Source of the DNA: Phoronis australis
Lineage: Eukaryota > Animalia > Phoronida
Length of the DNA stretch: 64,000 nt
Direction of reading: 5' to 3'
NCBI GenBank assembly: GCA_002633005.1
Contig: NMRA01000417.1
Span: 343,183-407,182, forward strand
The position numbers and the translations under genes are program-made. Below the pieces are notes generated by a model. The model searched no databases, was not told the origin of the DNA, and saw only the letters and a program-made list of their open reading frames with translations. Each line of letters opens with the position of its first letter. The first letter of the stretch is position 1. Shown here piece by piece: positions 26,666 to 38,055 of the stretch.

Positions 26666-28370
26666 TATACCAAATACTGAACGAGAAACATTACAATGAG
26701 TCGATCTACCTTTCTCGACTCGCCTTGGCTTTCTATGTCAGAGGCCCGGGGTCGGAGGTCGTGACCTTTTAAGAAAAGCCGAGCTATTTTTGTCAAATAG
26801 TGCTTTTACTCAAAACCAATTGAAAGTTTAAACAAAACAGAAATAAAGTGAATCTATAAATTAAGGCTTAGCAACTATTATAGCTTACTAAACATTTTAT
26901 CACGCTAAGCTTCGACTGGGAAAATATCGTCTGCTAAAGCAGTAACTGAGTATAATGCTCAAGTCAAAGGATCCCGACGACACGATACCCGCATTCAAAT
27001 TGGAGATCGGTGATTTACAAGTTAGAGAACCACCACTTGCTGTAGCGACGTTATGGTTGATGTTTGGAGGAGGGTGCTAAGGCCAATGTATTTGCCTCGT
27101 CATGACTTTTAGTGAGAATTGAAGATAATACAGGAGCACCCATTACAGGAACACGCCAGGAATTGGTGTCACTGGAGGTGCCTCAAAATCAAGCAAAGCC
27201 ACCTCAGAAGCTAACCGACCTGGTTGAAGTTGAGAATTAGTCATTGCAGACGTAGATGCTAGATGTCTTTGACTGGTTGAGGCCTGGTCAGACTTCTCTC
27301 TCTCTGTCCTAGCTGATCTATTGATTGTCCAGGTACCTTTAGTGGTGGCTCAGCTTGATGATTTTGTAGTCTTGGCTTTGGCTTACGACGTGTCGTATCG
27401 TATCTCAGATATGAAAATGAGTGAATATACTGTTCCTTGAAGCTATGCCAACCGGAAACTGGAGAAAAAAACATCGTTTCCAACGGGCTAGGTGCGAACT
27501 AAATAGAAGTTGTATATGAAGCCTGAAAGGTTGTAGAATAGTATTTGCCCAAATAATAGGATTTATGCCAGAGTGCCTGTCGTTAATTTTCATCAAGTTT
27601 ATTGTTATTGAAATTTTAGTTAGTATTTAACGGATATGTTTATGATTTGTGCTATTTGTAAACTGTTTTTCAATTATTGGTGACACAAACAACATGCAGT
27701 ACAGAATTGTCAGCCGTGAGTGGTAGCCTACTATATATGTTAACGGAAATCTTTTTCACGGAAGCCGTTTTGTAAAATCCAATATTGCGGCCACATAAGA
27801 CTAGGGACCAACGGACACACTGTTTTCTGATTGCTTGAACTTTGAAGTTTTTAAAACTATGTAATTTTCACACTTTCTACAAACAGTCAGCGAAAATCTG
27901 AACATAGTGAGCCTGACTAATCGTTGTTTATTCGCGACGAAGAAGTCACAAGCTTGTGAAGATCTCGTGAAGTAAGTTTACGTGTCATTGAATCACGAGC
28001 TCTTTTGATAACGTCATCTTATTGAAAGCACGTCATTCATAATAGATTTTGTGTTCAAATATGTCGAAGTTTGTCAAATATTATTAAATGACGGTGAGTC
28101 TTGCTATTTACAACATTTTCTTTGTACACAGCAACATGTTTCTAATGTATGGCTAACGTTGATGCTGCGAGTCAGCATCATTGGTTTCAAAAATGCTAAG
28201 ATATCTGATCAGTCTACACCAACGCCTTGTTGAATGGGGTCATCTCTAACATTTGTTAATAACAGTTACTTACAGCACACCTCCTGCAGTTTGCATAATC
28301 GTCAGTGCAATATTTAGTCTGCATCGTCACTGCCGGCACTGGCGGTATTCTCTTAGCTTTTAATGTCCTC

Positions 28371-28619
28371 GGGCCCGTTCCAACAAATCTGACTTAGCTA
28401 AGACAAATCTTAAATTTTAGTAAATTTTAAAATAAAAGTTAAATTTGTCTGAAAACCAATTCAAGAAAGAGATCTTAAGTTTGACTTAAGTGTTTGACAT
28501 AAATTTTGTCTTAATTTTGACCGACCTACCGAATGCGGAAGTTTCAAAGTTTGTAAATTAAGAGAAATCTTAAACTTAAGTCAAAAATGAACTTAAGTCA
28601 CTTTCTTGGAACAGGCCCC
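28371..28619. mobile_element. MITE with GGGCC-type TIRs (Harbinger-like)
   Basis: gggcccgttccaacaaa ... tttcttggaacaggccc; AT-rich interior with repeated cttaag motifs. Confidence 0.65.
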
Positions 28620-28724
28620 ATGGTTTACTCTTCACTCATTTCAATGTCACTTTACCTTTTAGCCTAGCCAGCCAGCTAGCTGTATCAAGACTATCGTCAC
28701 AATACAGCTAGGTACCACTGTGTG

Positions 28725-29635
28725 TAGCCTTGGTGCAAAGCTGTGTACTAAATTAACTGCTTTACGCCAATGTGGGAAAAACTAATCAAATAAAATCTGA
28801 CACAAAATCAGTGTCGTTAACAACTACACGTTTCCTTGAGTAAACTAAATTATTTATCTGTGTTGGAAAAGTTAGCTTTCATTTGATAGGTGAATCGGCG
28901 AAAAAGGAATGTAGCCAATAGGTGACGCAAAGTTTCATGGCCCCGAAAGCCGACGCAAAATATCGCTCCACAACTTAAGAAGCAGAATAACGGTAGAACG
29001 CCAAATTTTCCAACACCGGCAAACAATTTATTTAGTTTACTCATGGGAGAGTGTAGTTTTTGATTACACTAATTTTGTGTAAGATTTTATCTTGTCATTT
29101 TTTAACCACATCGGCGCAAAGCTGTATAGTTAGTACATAAGTTTGCGCCAAGGCTAGCTGGCTGGTTACACTGAGCTCCGACAGACTTCGAAATTTCACA
29201 TATCCCGGGTTGTTCTGCTCGTCACCTCGCCGTGAAACTTTTATCAACATTTAAAAGACCGGCAGGTGTGCTTGGAAAGTCTTGGAGTCAACAGATACTC
29301 ACCTTGCCCGTTACAGCCATTTTAAGTGAAAAATGTTCTAATAAACGTCATTTTCTTGCGTAAATAATTTAGTTTACTCAAGTGTGTCATTCTTTTGTGT
29401 CAGATTTTATTTGGTCAGTTTTCTACCCACATCGGCGTAAAGGTGTATATTTAATAGACACCTTTGCACAAAGGCTACGGCGCCGTGTGAGTATTTCACT
29501 CGGCCTTTGGTCTCGTAAAAATACTCACACGTGACATCAACCTCGGCTACTAACACACCCATGTAAAACACGTGTAGTTTAACAAATGCTTATTTACCCG
29601 TGTTGAAAAATTGGCGTCCTACCGTTATTTTGCCA
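28725..29635. mobile_element. Cluster of fold-back MITE copies
   Basis: Inverted arms of ~150 bp (28725-28875 vs ~29005-29157), a third arm copy at ~29360-29478, a hairpin gtgtgagtatt...aatactcacac at 29485-29530 and another partial inverted copy at ~29590-29635. Confidence 0.65.
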
Positions 29636-30110
29636 CAAGTTTTAAGTATTTTAATAGCAGCAAAGAGAGTTTTAACTAATTTTGCTGCTGCGAAGCTGTC
29701 ATCTTTTCCCGAGAGAAGTTGAAGTTTTAGGAAATGGCGGGTGCGCCTGTCACAAGTTTACTGTTTTCAAAACGACGACAATTTTTTCTTTGTTACAAAA
29801 GGCGGAGAATAATACAAGCAAATGACGTTTATTAGACTGTTTTTTCACTAAAACGGCTGCAACGGGAAAGGTGANNNNNNNNNNNNNNNNNNNNNNNNNN
29901 NNNNNNNNNNNNNNNNNNNNNNNNNNNNNNNNNNNNNNNNNNNNNNNNNNNNNNNNNNNNNNNNNNNNNNNNNNNNNNNNNNNNNNNNNNNNNNNNNNNN
30001 NNNNNNNNNNNNNNNNNNNNNNNNNNNNNNNNNNNNNNNNNNNNNNNNNNNNNNNNNNNNNNNNNNNNNNNNNNNNNNNNNNNNNNNNNNNNNNNNNNNN
30101 NNNNNNNNNN

Positions 30111-30300
30111 CGGACGGACGGAGGGAGGGAGTGACGGACGGAGGGAGGGAGGGACGGAGGGAGGGAGGGACGGACGGAGGGAGGGAGGGACGGACGGAGG
30201 GAGGGAGGGACGGACGGACGGAGGGAGGGAGGGAGGTAGGGAGGGAGAGAGGGAGGTAGGGAGGGAGAGAGGGAGGTACGGAGAGAGAGAGAGAGAGAGA
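30111..30300. repeat. GGAG/GGAC/GA microsatellite next to an assembly gap
   Basis: Directly visible; gap at 29875-30110. Confidence 0.95.
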
Positions 30301-32310
30301 CGTGACTGTTTTTGGGTGCGTAAGCTATGCTGTAGAGTGCGGGTCGTGTTTGCAAGTCAGTTAGCTGTGTTTGCCGTGTTTTTGAGCGTTGTTCGGGTTG
30401 CCTAAATACAGGCTAAATTGCAGTTTTATTCATGAAAAGTGACTTGAGACTTACACAAGAAATTTAGTCTTACGTTCCCACTTCAAAATCACTGAATACA
30501 TTTTTAAAAAGATATTATGAGTAGTAAATCTCAACCTAAAAATAATTTAAGCAAAAGTAATGGGTATGCCAAAGACTTTGTACTTTTTTGCTAAACTGAG
30601 ATTAAATAAATATTTTTTTTAATATTGCTTCTGCGTTTTCCATGAATGAATTAAGTCGTTAGTCTCTTTTCATCAGTAGACCGCTGTCGTGTACAGTGAT
30701 AAATTACATTTGAATTATGCCGGAACTCTAGTACAACTCTCCGTTTCTTTTTTATATTAACTTTCCGCAACGTGGAGTTTAACTTGTCCTTTGCTTACTT
30801 GTACATTACATTGGATCGTGACAATTGTGATAGTGAACCAAGCAAAGTCTCGATTTTACTGCGGAGTCGGTTAATTTTTAATTTTAAATTTTAATTTCTC
30901 ACCGTTGCTTCTTTTGATAAATTAAAGGCTACCGAACTACACTACCAATACTTCAAATACTTCAATATGTACAACTCACCAATTTTGTCTGACGATGGGT
31001 GCTACAGTGTCTTCTTGAGCTTTCATTCTTTTAAAATCTCTTCAAGAGCTGCGTCAGACCGTTGGCATGTGGACCCACAGAAATCTACCCCTACCTTCTA
31101 GATGTCGCCACCGGCTGTCTTCCTGGTGAGATATTCAAACTTCACACGTTAAGGCAGAGTTGACTGACCCGTGATTTGTGAAGTGTTCACATGCCGTTCG
31201 ATCAGGATGAACATTTCGAGTCTGTTCTACCTTTTAAAAATCACAATTTGCTCCGAGGACGTAATGTTTAGCGCCTGATTTCCCTTTCTCATTAGACGCC
31301 ATACCTGCCTTCTTTTAAAACTTCCATATGTGAACGCGGTAAGTGACCTACAGCCCTTCATTCCACCGTAATCATTTCGCTATGAAAATATTCTGAGTTC
31401 AATTTTGAATTTTTTTTTGTATCAAAGAGGTACTTTCCTACACCGTGAGCTATTTACCGTGATCCATTTGTCTAGGCTCAGGTACGAACGCCGATGTGTG
31501 GATCAAGTTAAGGGGAGAGCTAGGAACCTCGAGGTGGTACAGTCTTCGCTTGCTGCACGCCTCCCAGCCACCGGCACCGGCACTGCACTTTGGACAAAGG
31601 GCAATTTTCCTGATGTACACCCAGAGTAAGCGTTGTGTAGTCTGGTGTTCTGGGGGAAGGGAGGGATGTTACCGTATGCACATTGTGAACTCGCCAAGAC
31701 TTCGGAGAGCTAAGAGCTCGACTGGTTTCCTCAAGTAAAAATTAGGTGACTTCACAATTGAATGAACTAAAGGCTACTTAACCTGCGGTCTAATATCCAA
31801 GACTTAATGTGAGCTGTCACTAGCTCAGCTAATTTTCAATTGAAGGAGCAAGCTGTGCTCGTAGCTTTACGTCTGGGCTGACAATATGGCATAGTTGATA
31901 GAAAAGGGGTATATTAGGAATGATTGTGCGACTCATGATTATTCTGACCTTTGCCAGGCTGAAACGCTGTGCAATAGTTCCCCATGTTTTACATTATTAT
32001 TGACTTTCAATGGGCCGGTCTCAGACCCCAAAACGTGATAATGACCGAGTCACCTTTTGGAGTCTGAAACCAAACATATTGAGTGTGAACCTTAGTATCA
32101 AATAGTGACTGAGATTATGAATGTGATTGCATCAGTCTGTTTTTGTTCGAGATTTTGTGGGAATGCATGCTATCAACATATACGCCAATGCTCAATAGTA
32201 GAAAACGAAATGTGTAGATGCCACGGAAACAGTTTGAGGTCACGACCGCAGCCGACACAGAGGCTGACGTCGGGCAATGGACCGAAACAATCGACGAATC
32301 AGAACGAAAT

Positions 32311-35300
32311 GGGGCTATTCGGAGAATTCTCCTCGCGGTGTCGCTGCTGTACTAGTGGTGATTAAATTGCGCATGCGTGGCTGTCTGCATGTAAACAACT
32401 GGTAAAAGATGGAATTTTTATCAAAATACGTCGTCGCGCTAAGCCTTATTACTGCTAATTTCCCTGGTGCAAGTCTTCGACAGGTGGCCACAAATTCCCA
32501 AAAGACCTAAGGTTACTATATTCGTGGACAACTGCGGTCAACAGGGTCAACTAACTGACAAAAAGTGTGTGGATGCTGAAGCCCCGTGTGTGCTCTATGT
32601 CTATGACTATGCAGTTCCATTCGGAGACTACACAACATTACTTGGTAAGTTTTTAGCAATCAGTTTCTATCAACATCGTTCGGTGATGTTATCCCCACCA
32701 GTTACCCCACTGAATAACAGTTTTATTGAGTGGAACTAAGTGTTTCTTTTTGGAAACTCACCCGATGCCGGATATGCTAGCAGCACTTATTCATATTGGC
32801 CTGGGTGGGACAGTGCTCCCAAAATAAGAGGTGTATGGTACGTGATGCACAGAAGTCAAGAGTGACTTTTTCACAGCAGTTTCTCTTCAAAACTATGCTG
32901 TTTCCAATAAAATTCTCTAGATGAGTGAGTTTCCTTATTTTATCGTGGACCCCACCCCCAGGACCACCAGCTCAGTTATCGAATTAACATGAATAAGCCT
33001 TAATTCAGTAAATGTCGTAACATTGCATTGGAAAAAAATTGACACCTAGATAAGAATGAATTTTACTTGTTGAGATCAGAAGCACATTTTAAGTGTCATG
33101 AAAAATACACATTGTTAAATCACTTTTAGCCTGTTTCACATATTTTATGCAGTTATTAAATAAGACTTGGGTACAAAGGTTATTAGTTTCTACACATAAA
33201 CATGAAGATGAAATGTCAAGTATGTTCTGCCTTACAAAAGTAGTTTTGTCTTGCCTTTTCTTTTACAATTTGCTAATATTTCTATTCTGTTACAGGCAAG
33301 AAAAAACAACTGAAACCAACCGCCTGACCATCTATTTCACCGTTGGACAAAGTGAAAAGCAATCCTTCAGCAATAACCTGAGAGAATTGAATGTAATTCA
33401 GTAATTCAGCACCTGATATGCCTGATTATGGACTCCCTCGCAATGTTTCTTTCTGTGCTTTTTCAGTTTGCCATTTGTTTTTAAATACACTGATAATTGT
33501 TTATTCTCGAATCTTGTGCATAGCAGCTAGCTACAATTGAAAACATACAATAAGACAATCGATGCAGTCACTGAATGTCATTTCCCCATAATCTGTACCA
33601 AATTGAAAAGTTTTTACCAATAGTATAAAGCCTTTCTTCTGAAAGGAAAATTTAATGTCACTCAGCTTTTGGCTTTCATTTCACTGGGTTCTAGTTTCAA
33701 TGGCCTATAGAAGCGCTTGTAAAAAAGGTCCAGTTTCAACACGTGGCTTTCTTTCATGTAACCTCATTCAGCCTCAATAACATCCACAATTAGACCCTTG
33801 AAGGTAAACACAGCAGTATATCACTTGAATCGTTTTGAGCCCAAAATCAGACTCTGAACTAGACCAGAGTGTGACTAGGTCTTCTTTAGCTTCAGTCCCT
33901 CATGTTTCTTCCAGGAAAGGAAATAAACTATTGTCCACACATGACTCATTGCCTATGAAAGGGCATCCTCGCCAACAAGGCTTATTTGTGTAGCAGTCAG
34001 ATATAGTTCATCTGGATACACAGACACTTCACTGGCACATTGTCTTATGGTAACTTAGTACTGCGATTCACATTTCTCCAGGGCCACTGACTTGCACATT
34101 GTGCCAAGCAGCACTCCTATTGTGTGGAAGTGCTGTGGGAAGAGAACGGAGTAACAAAGCTTGTCTATGATACTGCTTGAAGTGGTCTTAAAATGTCACT
34201 GCACCTGGAACAAATATTGAAATATGAATAATTAAGTACTCCAGATTGGATCAAAAATGTTATCCCTGTTTTTCAAAAATATATGGTGATTGGTCTACAG
34301 TTTCACATAAAAGTAAATATTTACTATTTTCAGAAACTGAAGGTGCATATAATGAGTACTGCATAAAACTGTGTCTTAATTTTTTATCCCTAGCGATAAC
34401 AATTCTTTAAACGCATCACTTGTCTGTAAAATATACAAGTTTTTTGAGACAACTTCAAATCTTTGTTACCCATTTTCAAGCCTTTTTAATTTTGATACTT
34501 TCAGCAATTTTAAACTCAGATTACAGGTTCATGGGTCTGTCGAGCATACTTCTAGCGTAAGGTTGAGGGAACCGTTTTTCTTCTAATAGAAGATATGAAG
34601 ACTTGGGTCATTTAAAAATGATGGATAATCGTTCTTTTGTTTAAGAGTAATTACAAATCATAAGGCACCATCAAAAACGCAATTTTCACAAAAATGGCAG
34701 TCATTTGAATTTATAACGACTTGCAACATTTCAAGGCATGAGTTAAGACTATTCAGTCACAGTGAATTCGAAAAATATTACAGTAATATATTTTCGTGGT
34801 TTTACAATTGATACAAGTAGCAAAACAGCATATCTCAGTCCTCTGCACGGTACAAGCCTTCAAACCTAAAAACCAAAGGTTACGTGAAAACTGACGTGAT
34901 AGATTTCCATTTCAACGTGTAACAGATTGCCAGAAGACATATGATAGGGAGTAAACAAATAGTCTAATGCAATGGATATTTATCACTCACGTACCCTTTA
35001 CCATTGGGATTGGATTGTAGGCTTAACTCATTAACCTGTATCGAGTTGACAGCATAAACATTCAGCATTGATTGATGTAACTATCACTGATAAACTTTTA
35101 GAAATCATTCCAAACAATAATAATGCTTTGATGTACGAAAGATCCCGATTGCTACGTCAAGTATCGTATCACATATCACAAAATATAAAGATTAACCAGA
35201 CTCTGGCTGGCGACTGACTGCCGCGAAGTCGACATCGGCGAGTGCCTCAGTTAACAGGCATCGGTAGAATAATCATGGAATAATCGTAAAAATAATCACA

Positions 35301-35493
35301 AACCTTACCTTTGTATGAGGCCGTGTTTACTTCCTCTCATAGAAGCACCCTTTTTACGCAATCTCAGATTCTGTTGGCACGGCTGCAAGCCATTTCACCA
35401 TGTATTTAAAGGGCTCGCGAAATCGAGGCTGTTAATCTATCACCACTAGTACACGCACGCCCTCTAGTTATTGTAGATTTTCCGAATAGCCCC
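32311..35493. mobile_element. Decayed ISL2EU-type DNA transposon: THAP relic (+) and YqaJ/lambda-exonuclease relic (-)
   Basis: TIRs GGGGCTATTCGGA / TCCGAATAGCCCC, subterminal TGTACTAGTGGTGAT / ATCACCACTAGTACA, AT on both flanks. Plus strand: C*FPWCKSSTGGHKFPKDLRLLYSWTTAVNR...RVCS, donor gtaagt at ~32645, then GKKKQLKPTA*PSI at ~33296. Minus strand ~33700-34185: GTMCKSVALEKCE...VYPDELYLTATQISLVGED and LKLKKT*SH..LVQ...VFTFKGLIVDVI...LKLDLF, a degraded YqaJ pattern. Confidence 0.7.
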
Positions 35494-37404
35494 ATTGCAG
35501 TGTCCGCTATTCGCGACTGGACTTTGACAGTCTGAGTAAAAGCTTCGGTTACATTTCAAAGTTCGAGACACATATTACCTACACTAAAGCGGCTAGAAAA
35601 TAAAATCGTGGTTCAATAAAAGAATTTATTACTCGTCAAATTCGTTCCCTAAGTCTTCCTAACTAACAAATCAATACTATCTGTCATTGCATATATACTG
35701 TCAACTGATCGACGTCTTCCACTGATGACATCACGTGTCGGAAAATCAAAAAATCATTAATTTTCTTTGAAATTCAAAATTCTTCAATTATTTCCCAAAA
35801 ATAAGTGATTGTTTACTTAGATCTTGTGTTATGAATAAAATTATTGTACACGTTCTAAAAACCTCAAACGTGTAAAAATCCGTTGTAGGAACCCTTTAAA
35901 CGGAATTAAAGCACCACCATCTTGTAGAAACGGTCAACATGGAGATGGCAACAGCCAGTATAGAAAATTATTGACACCTGAGTACAGACTTTTGGTGACT
36001 TTATCATTTTATAATCTGACCAAATTAAAATATAAATAGTACTATTGACCAAGGAAATTCGCTTTTCATTCATCCCGCCTCGACGCCAGATGTTTCTATT
36101 TGCGATCTGACCACATACCCTGACAAGGAATTGATGACAATACATCAAAGCAGGTACGGAGAGGCAATACATCGTCTGTGGACACCAAAGGTGTACCGGC
36201 GATGACCCTGAAATGAGAATGATCAAATGGCTCTATTTTTGATTCACTGTCAAAACCCCAGTTATATTCCTCTTTGTTTTGCTGAACTGAATATGCTAAC
36301 TGTACATATAGGCCACCTGACCAAAAATGTGATCATGACAATACGAAAAACATGGGTGTCAGCTGACGATTTCGTAACATGTGCTCAAGTAAATAGTATA
36401 GTAATAGAATTGAATGGAAATTGGTTGTAAGAGTAAATCCAACTCAAAAACATGAAAAGGGACAAAGTTTATTGACAGGTAAGTATAACTATGAAGTTGT
36501 TAAGGTTTAAGTATTTCAATATGTTATAACTCAAGAGTTGTCGCCATCTCCCGATGATATCCATCGGTTAGCAAATAACCAGCGTGGCTACTAGCCCTAC
36601 AAGCAGGGTATGTGCACCAACTAAGTAAGGATAAGTTAAAATCTGAAGAAATAAGTATATAATAAGTGCGATAAAACAAATTTAGGCTGATCCTCTGGGC
36701 GCATCAGATGAAATGGACCGCGAGAGAGAAATATAGCTGTCTATTGGTTCATCTTATCTGATATAACACTCGGCATATGTCCATATTTCTTTAAATGAAG
36801 TTCGCAAAATGCCATAGCGAACTTTCAAAATGTCCATTTTGAAATTTCAGTGAAAAGCGAAGATTGCCAATAGCTATTGTGAAGCGCTTTGTATATTTAC
36901 GAGGAACAAGGCGATTCCTGACTTATGGCACTCGTCTTCTTATTCATTACTGCAACGGATAATTATCTGCTCGCTCAGTGTTTTACCCTGTGGAAGGTTC
37001 TAACAGTTTCACTGTGTACAGTTTTGATCTTGATCATATTAGCATCATCGTCAATTCCGTTACTCGTATAGTGCCTTTTGGTGTGTCACATGGTCAACGG
37101 CACGGTTCAATGGTTATTATTAGGGGTTATTGACTCGAGCAAACTTGTGACGTGTTTATGAAATTATGTCATCATAGCAACGATAATGAAATCGGCCCAC
37201 ATTGTAGAAGATATTCTGATCTGTCCAAGGAAGCATGCTAAGAACGATTTATCTATCCTGTTCAGAACAAAGTAAATCAGTATAGGTCTTTGAGAATAAA
37301 ACAAGCAGTGATACTCCGCGAATATCGACATTTTCGTGGTCAGGTGGATTCTAGTTGTTACATATTAATATATACATAACGATTGTTTTTTTTGATACTT
37401 GCAG

Positions 37405-37468
37405 ATTGGCTTGGTGAACTCGAACATTTGGCTGTGTTCAACAGGGGATCACAAAGTAGTGAAAAATG
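37405..37468 (+). CDS. PKD1-family (polycystin-1-like) gene, PLAT-domain exon
   Basis: ttgcAG acceptor at 37404. WLGELEHLAVFNRGSQSSEKW matches PLAT LGxLxxIxxxHDNSG..xW. Phase-2 donor TG|GTAGGA. Confidence 0.75.
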
Positions 37469-37798
37469 GTAGGACTTCTTAGAAGATATAGACTATTCTT
37501 GTTCGTATTTATTTCCACGAGCCCCTAGTGGAGTTGTAGGTGGCGCATCTGTGTGTGTTAAAACTTCACTGAAATTGGGATTGCTTACATTTAACGATTG
37601 TTAAGTTATTTTCGTCTAACGAGGAAATAGATTATGTTAAAGAATATCATTAAACAATTCGCTCGAGCTAACATTTACCAAGTTTATTATTATGAGATTT
37701 TAGGAAACATGCTTGCTTTAGTGCCATAAAACAAGATATATTTCAGCATCAGTTGTAACTTCAAACGGCCAATTGATGATATTTGCAATTTATTTAAG

Positions 37799-37927
37799 GC
37801 AACTGAGCGACATCTCCGTGTATGACTTGACGAGACAGGTGAAGTGGTATTTTCCGTGTTTCCGATGGATATGCCCATCTTTGTGGTACCTTTTCCAACC
37901 GTCAAAGGGTGGCGCAGGATTCTGGAG
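37799..37927 (+). CDS. PKD1-family gene, PLAT C-terminal exon
   Basis: Acceptor tatttaAG at 37798 completes the TGG codon. (W)QLSDISVYDLTRQVKWYFPCFRWICPSLW...GFWR matches PLAT WxLxxVxVxD..T...WxFxCxxW. Phase-2 donor AG|GTATTA. Confidence 0.8.
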
Positions 37928-38055
37928 GTATTAATTGCTCATAAACAACTGGTATATTTTTCTGCAAGGAAGTGGAATGCACCCAATCGAGTTCAGAAAT
38001 TGCCATTTGGTACGTTTTTTAATAATTACCTTTTCAACCAGGCATTTTATTTCAG

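Noticed and set aside
29750-30355. Pro/Ser-rich ORFs spanning the gap
   Set aside because: They are translations of a microsatellite plus Ns.
31490-31650. Possible tRNA-derived SINE or tRNA
   Set aside because: Only a vague resemblance; no clear A/B boxes or cloverleaf could be built.
37844-38055. ORF-track start of the 5373-aa ORF
   Set aside because: It uses a non-ATG start. 37844-37927 is coding in a different (PLAT) frame and 37928-38055 is an intron, so the real exon starts at 38056.
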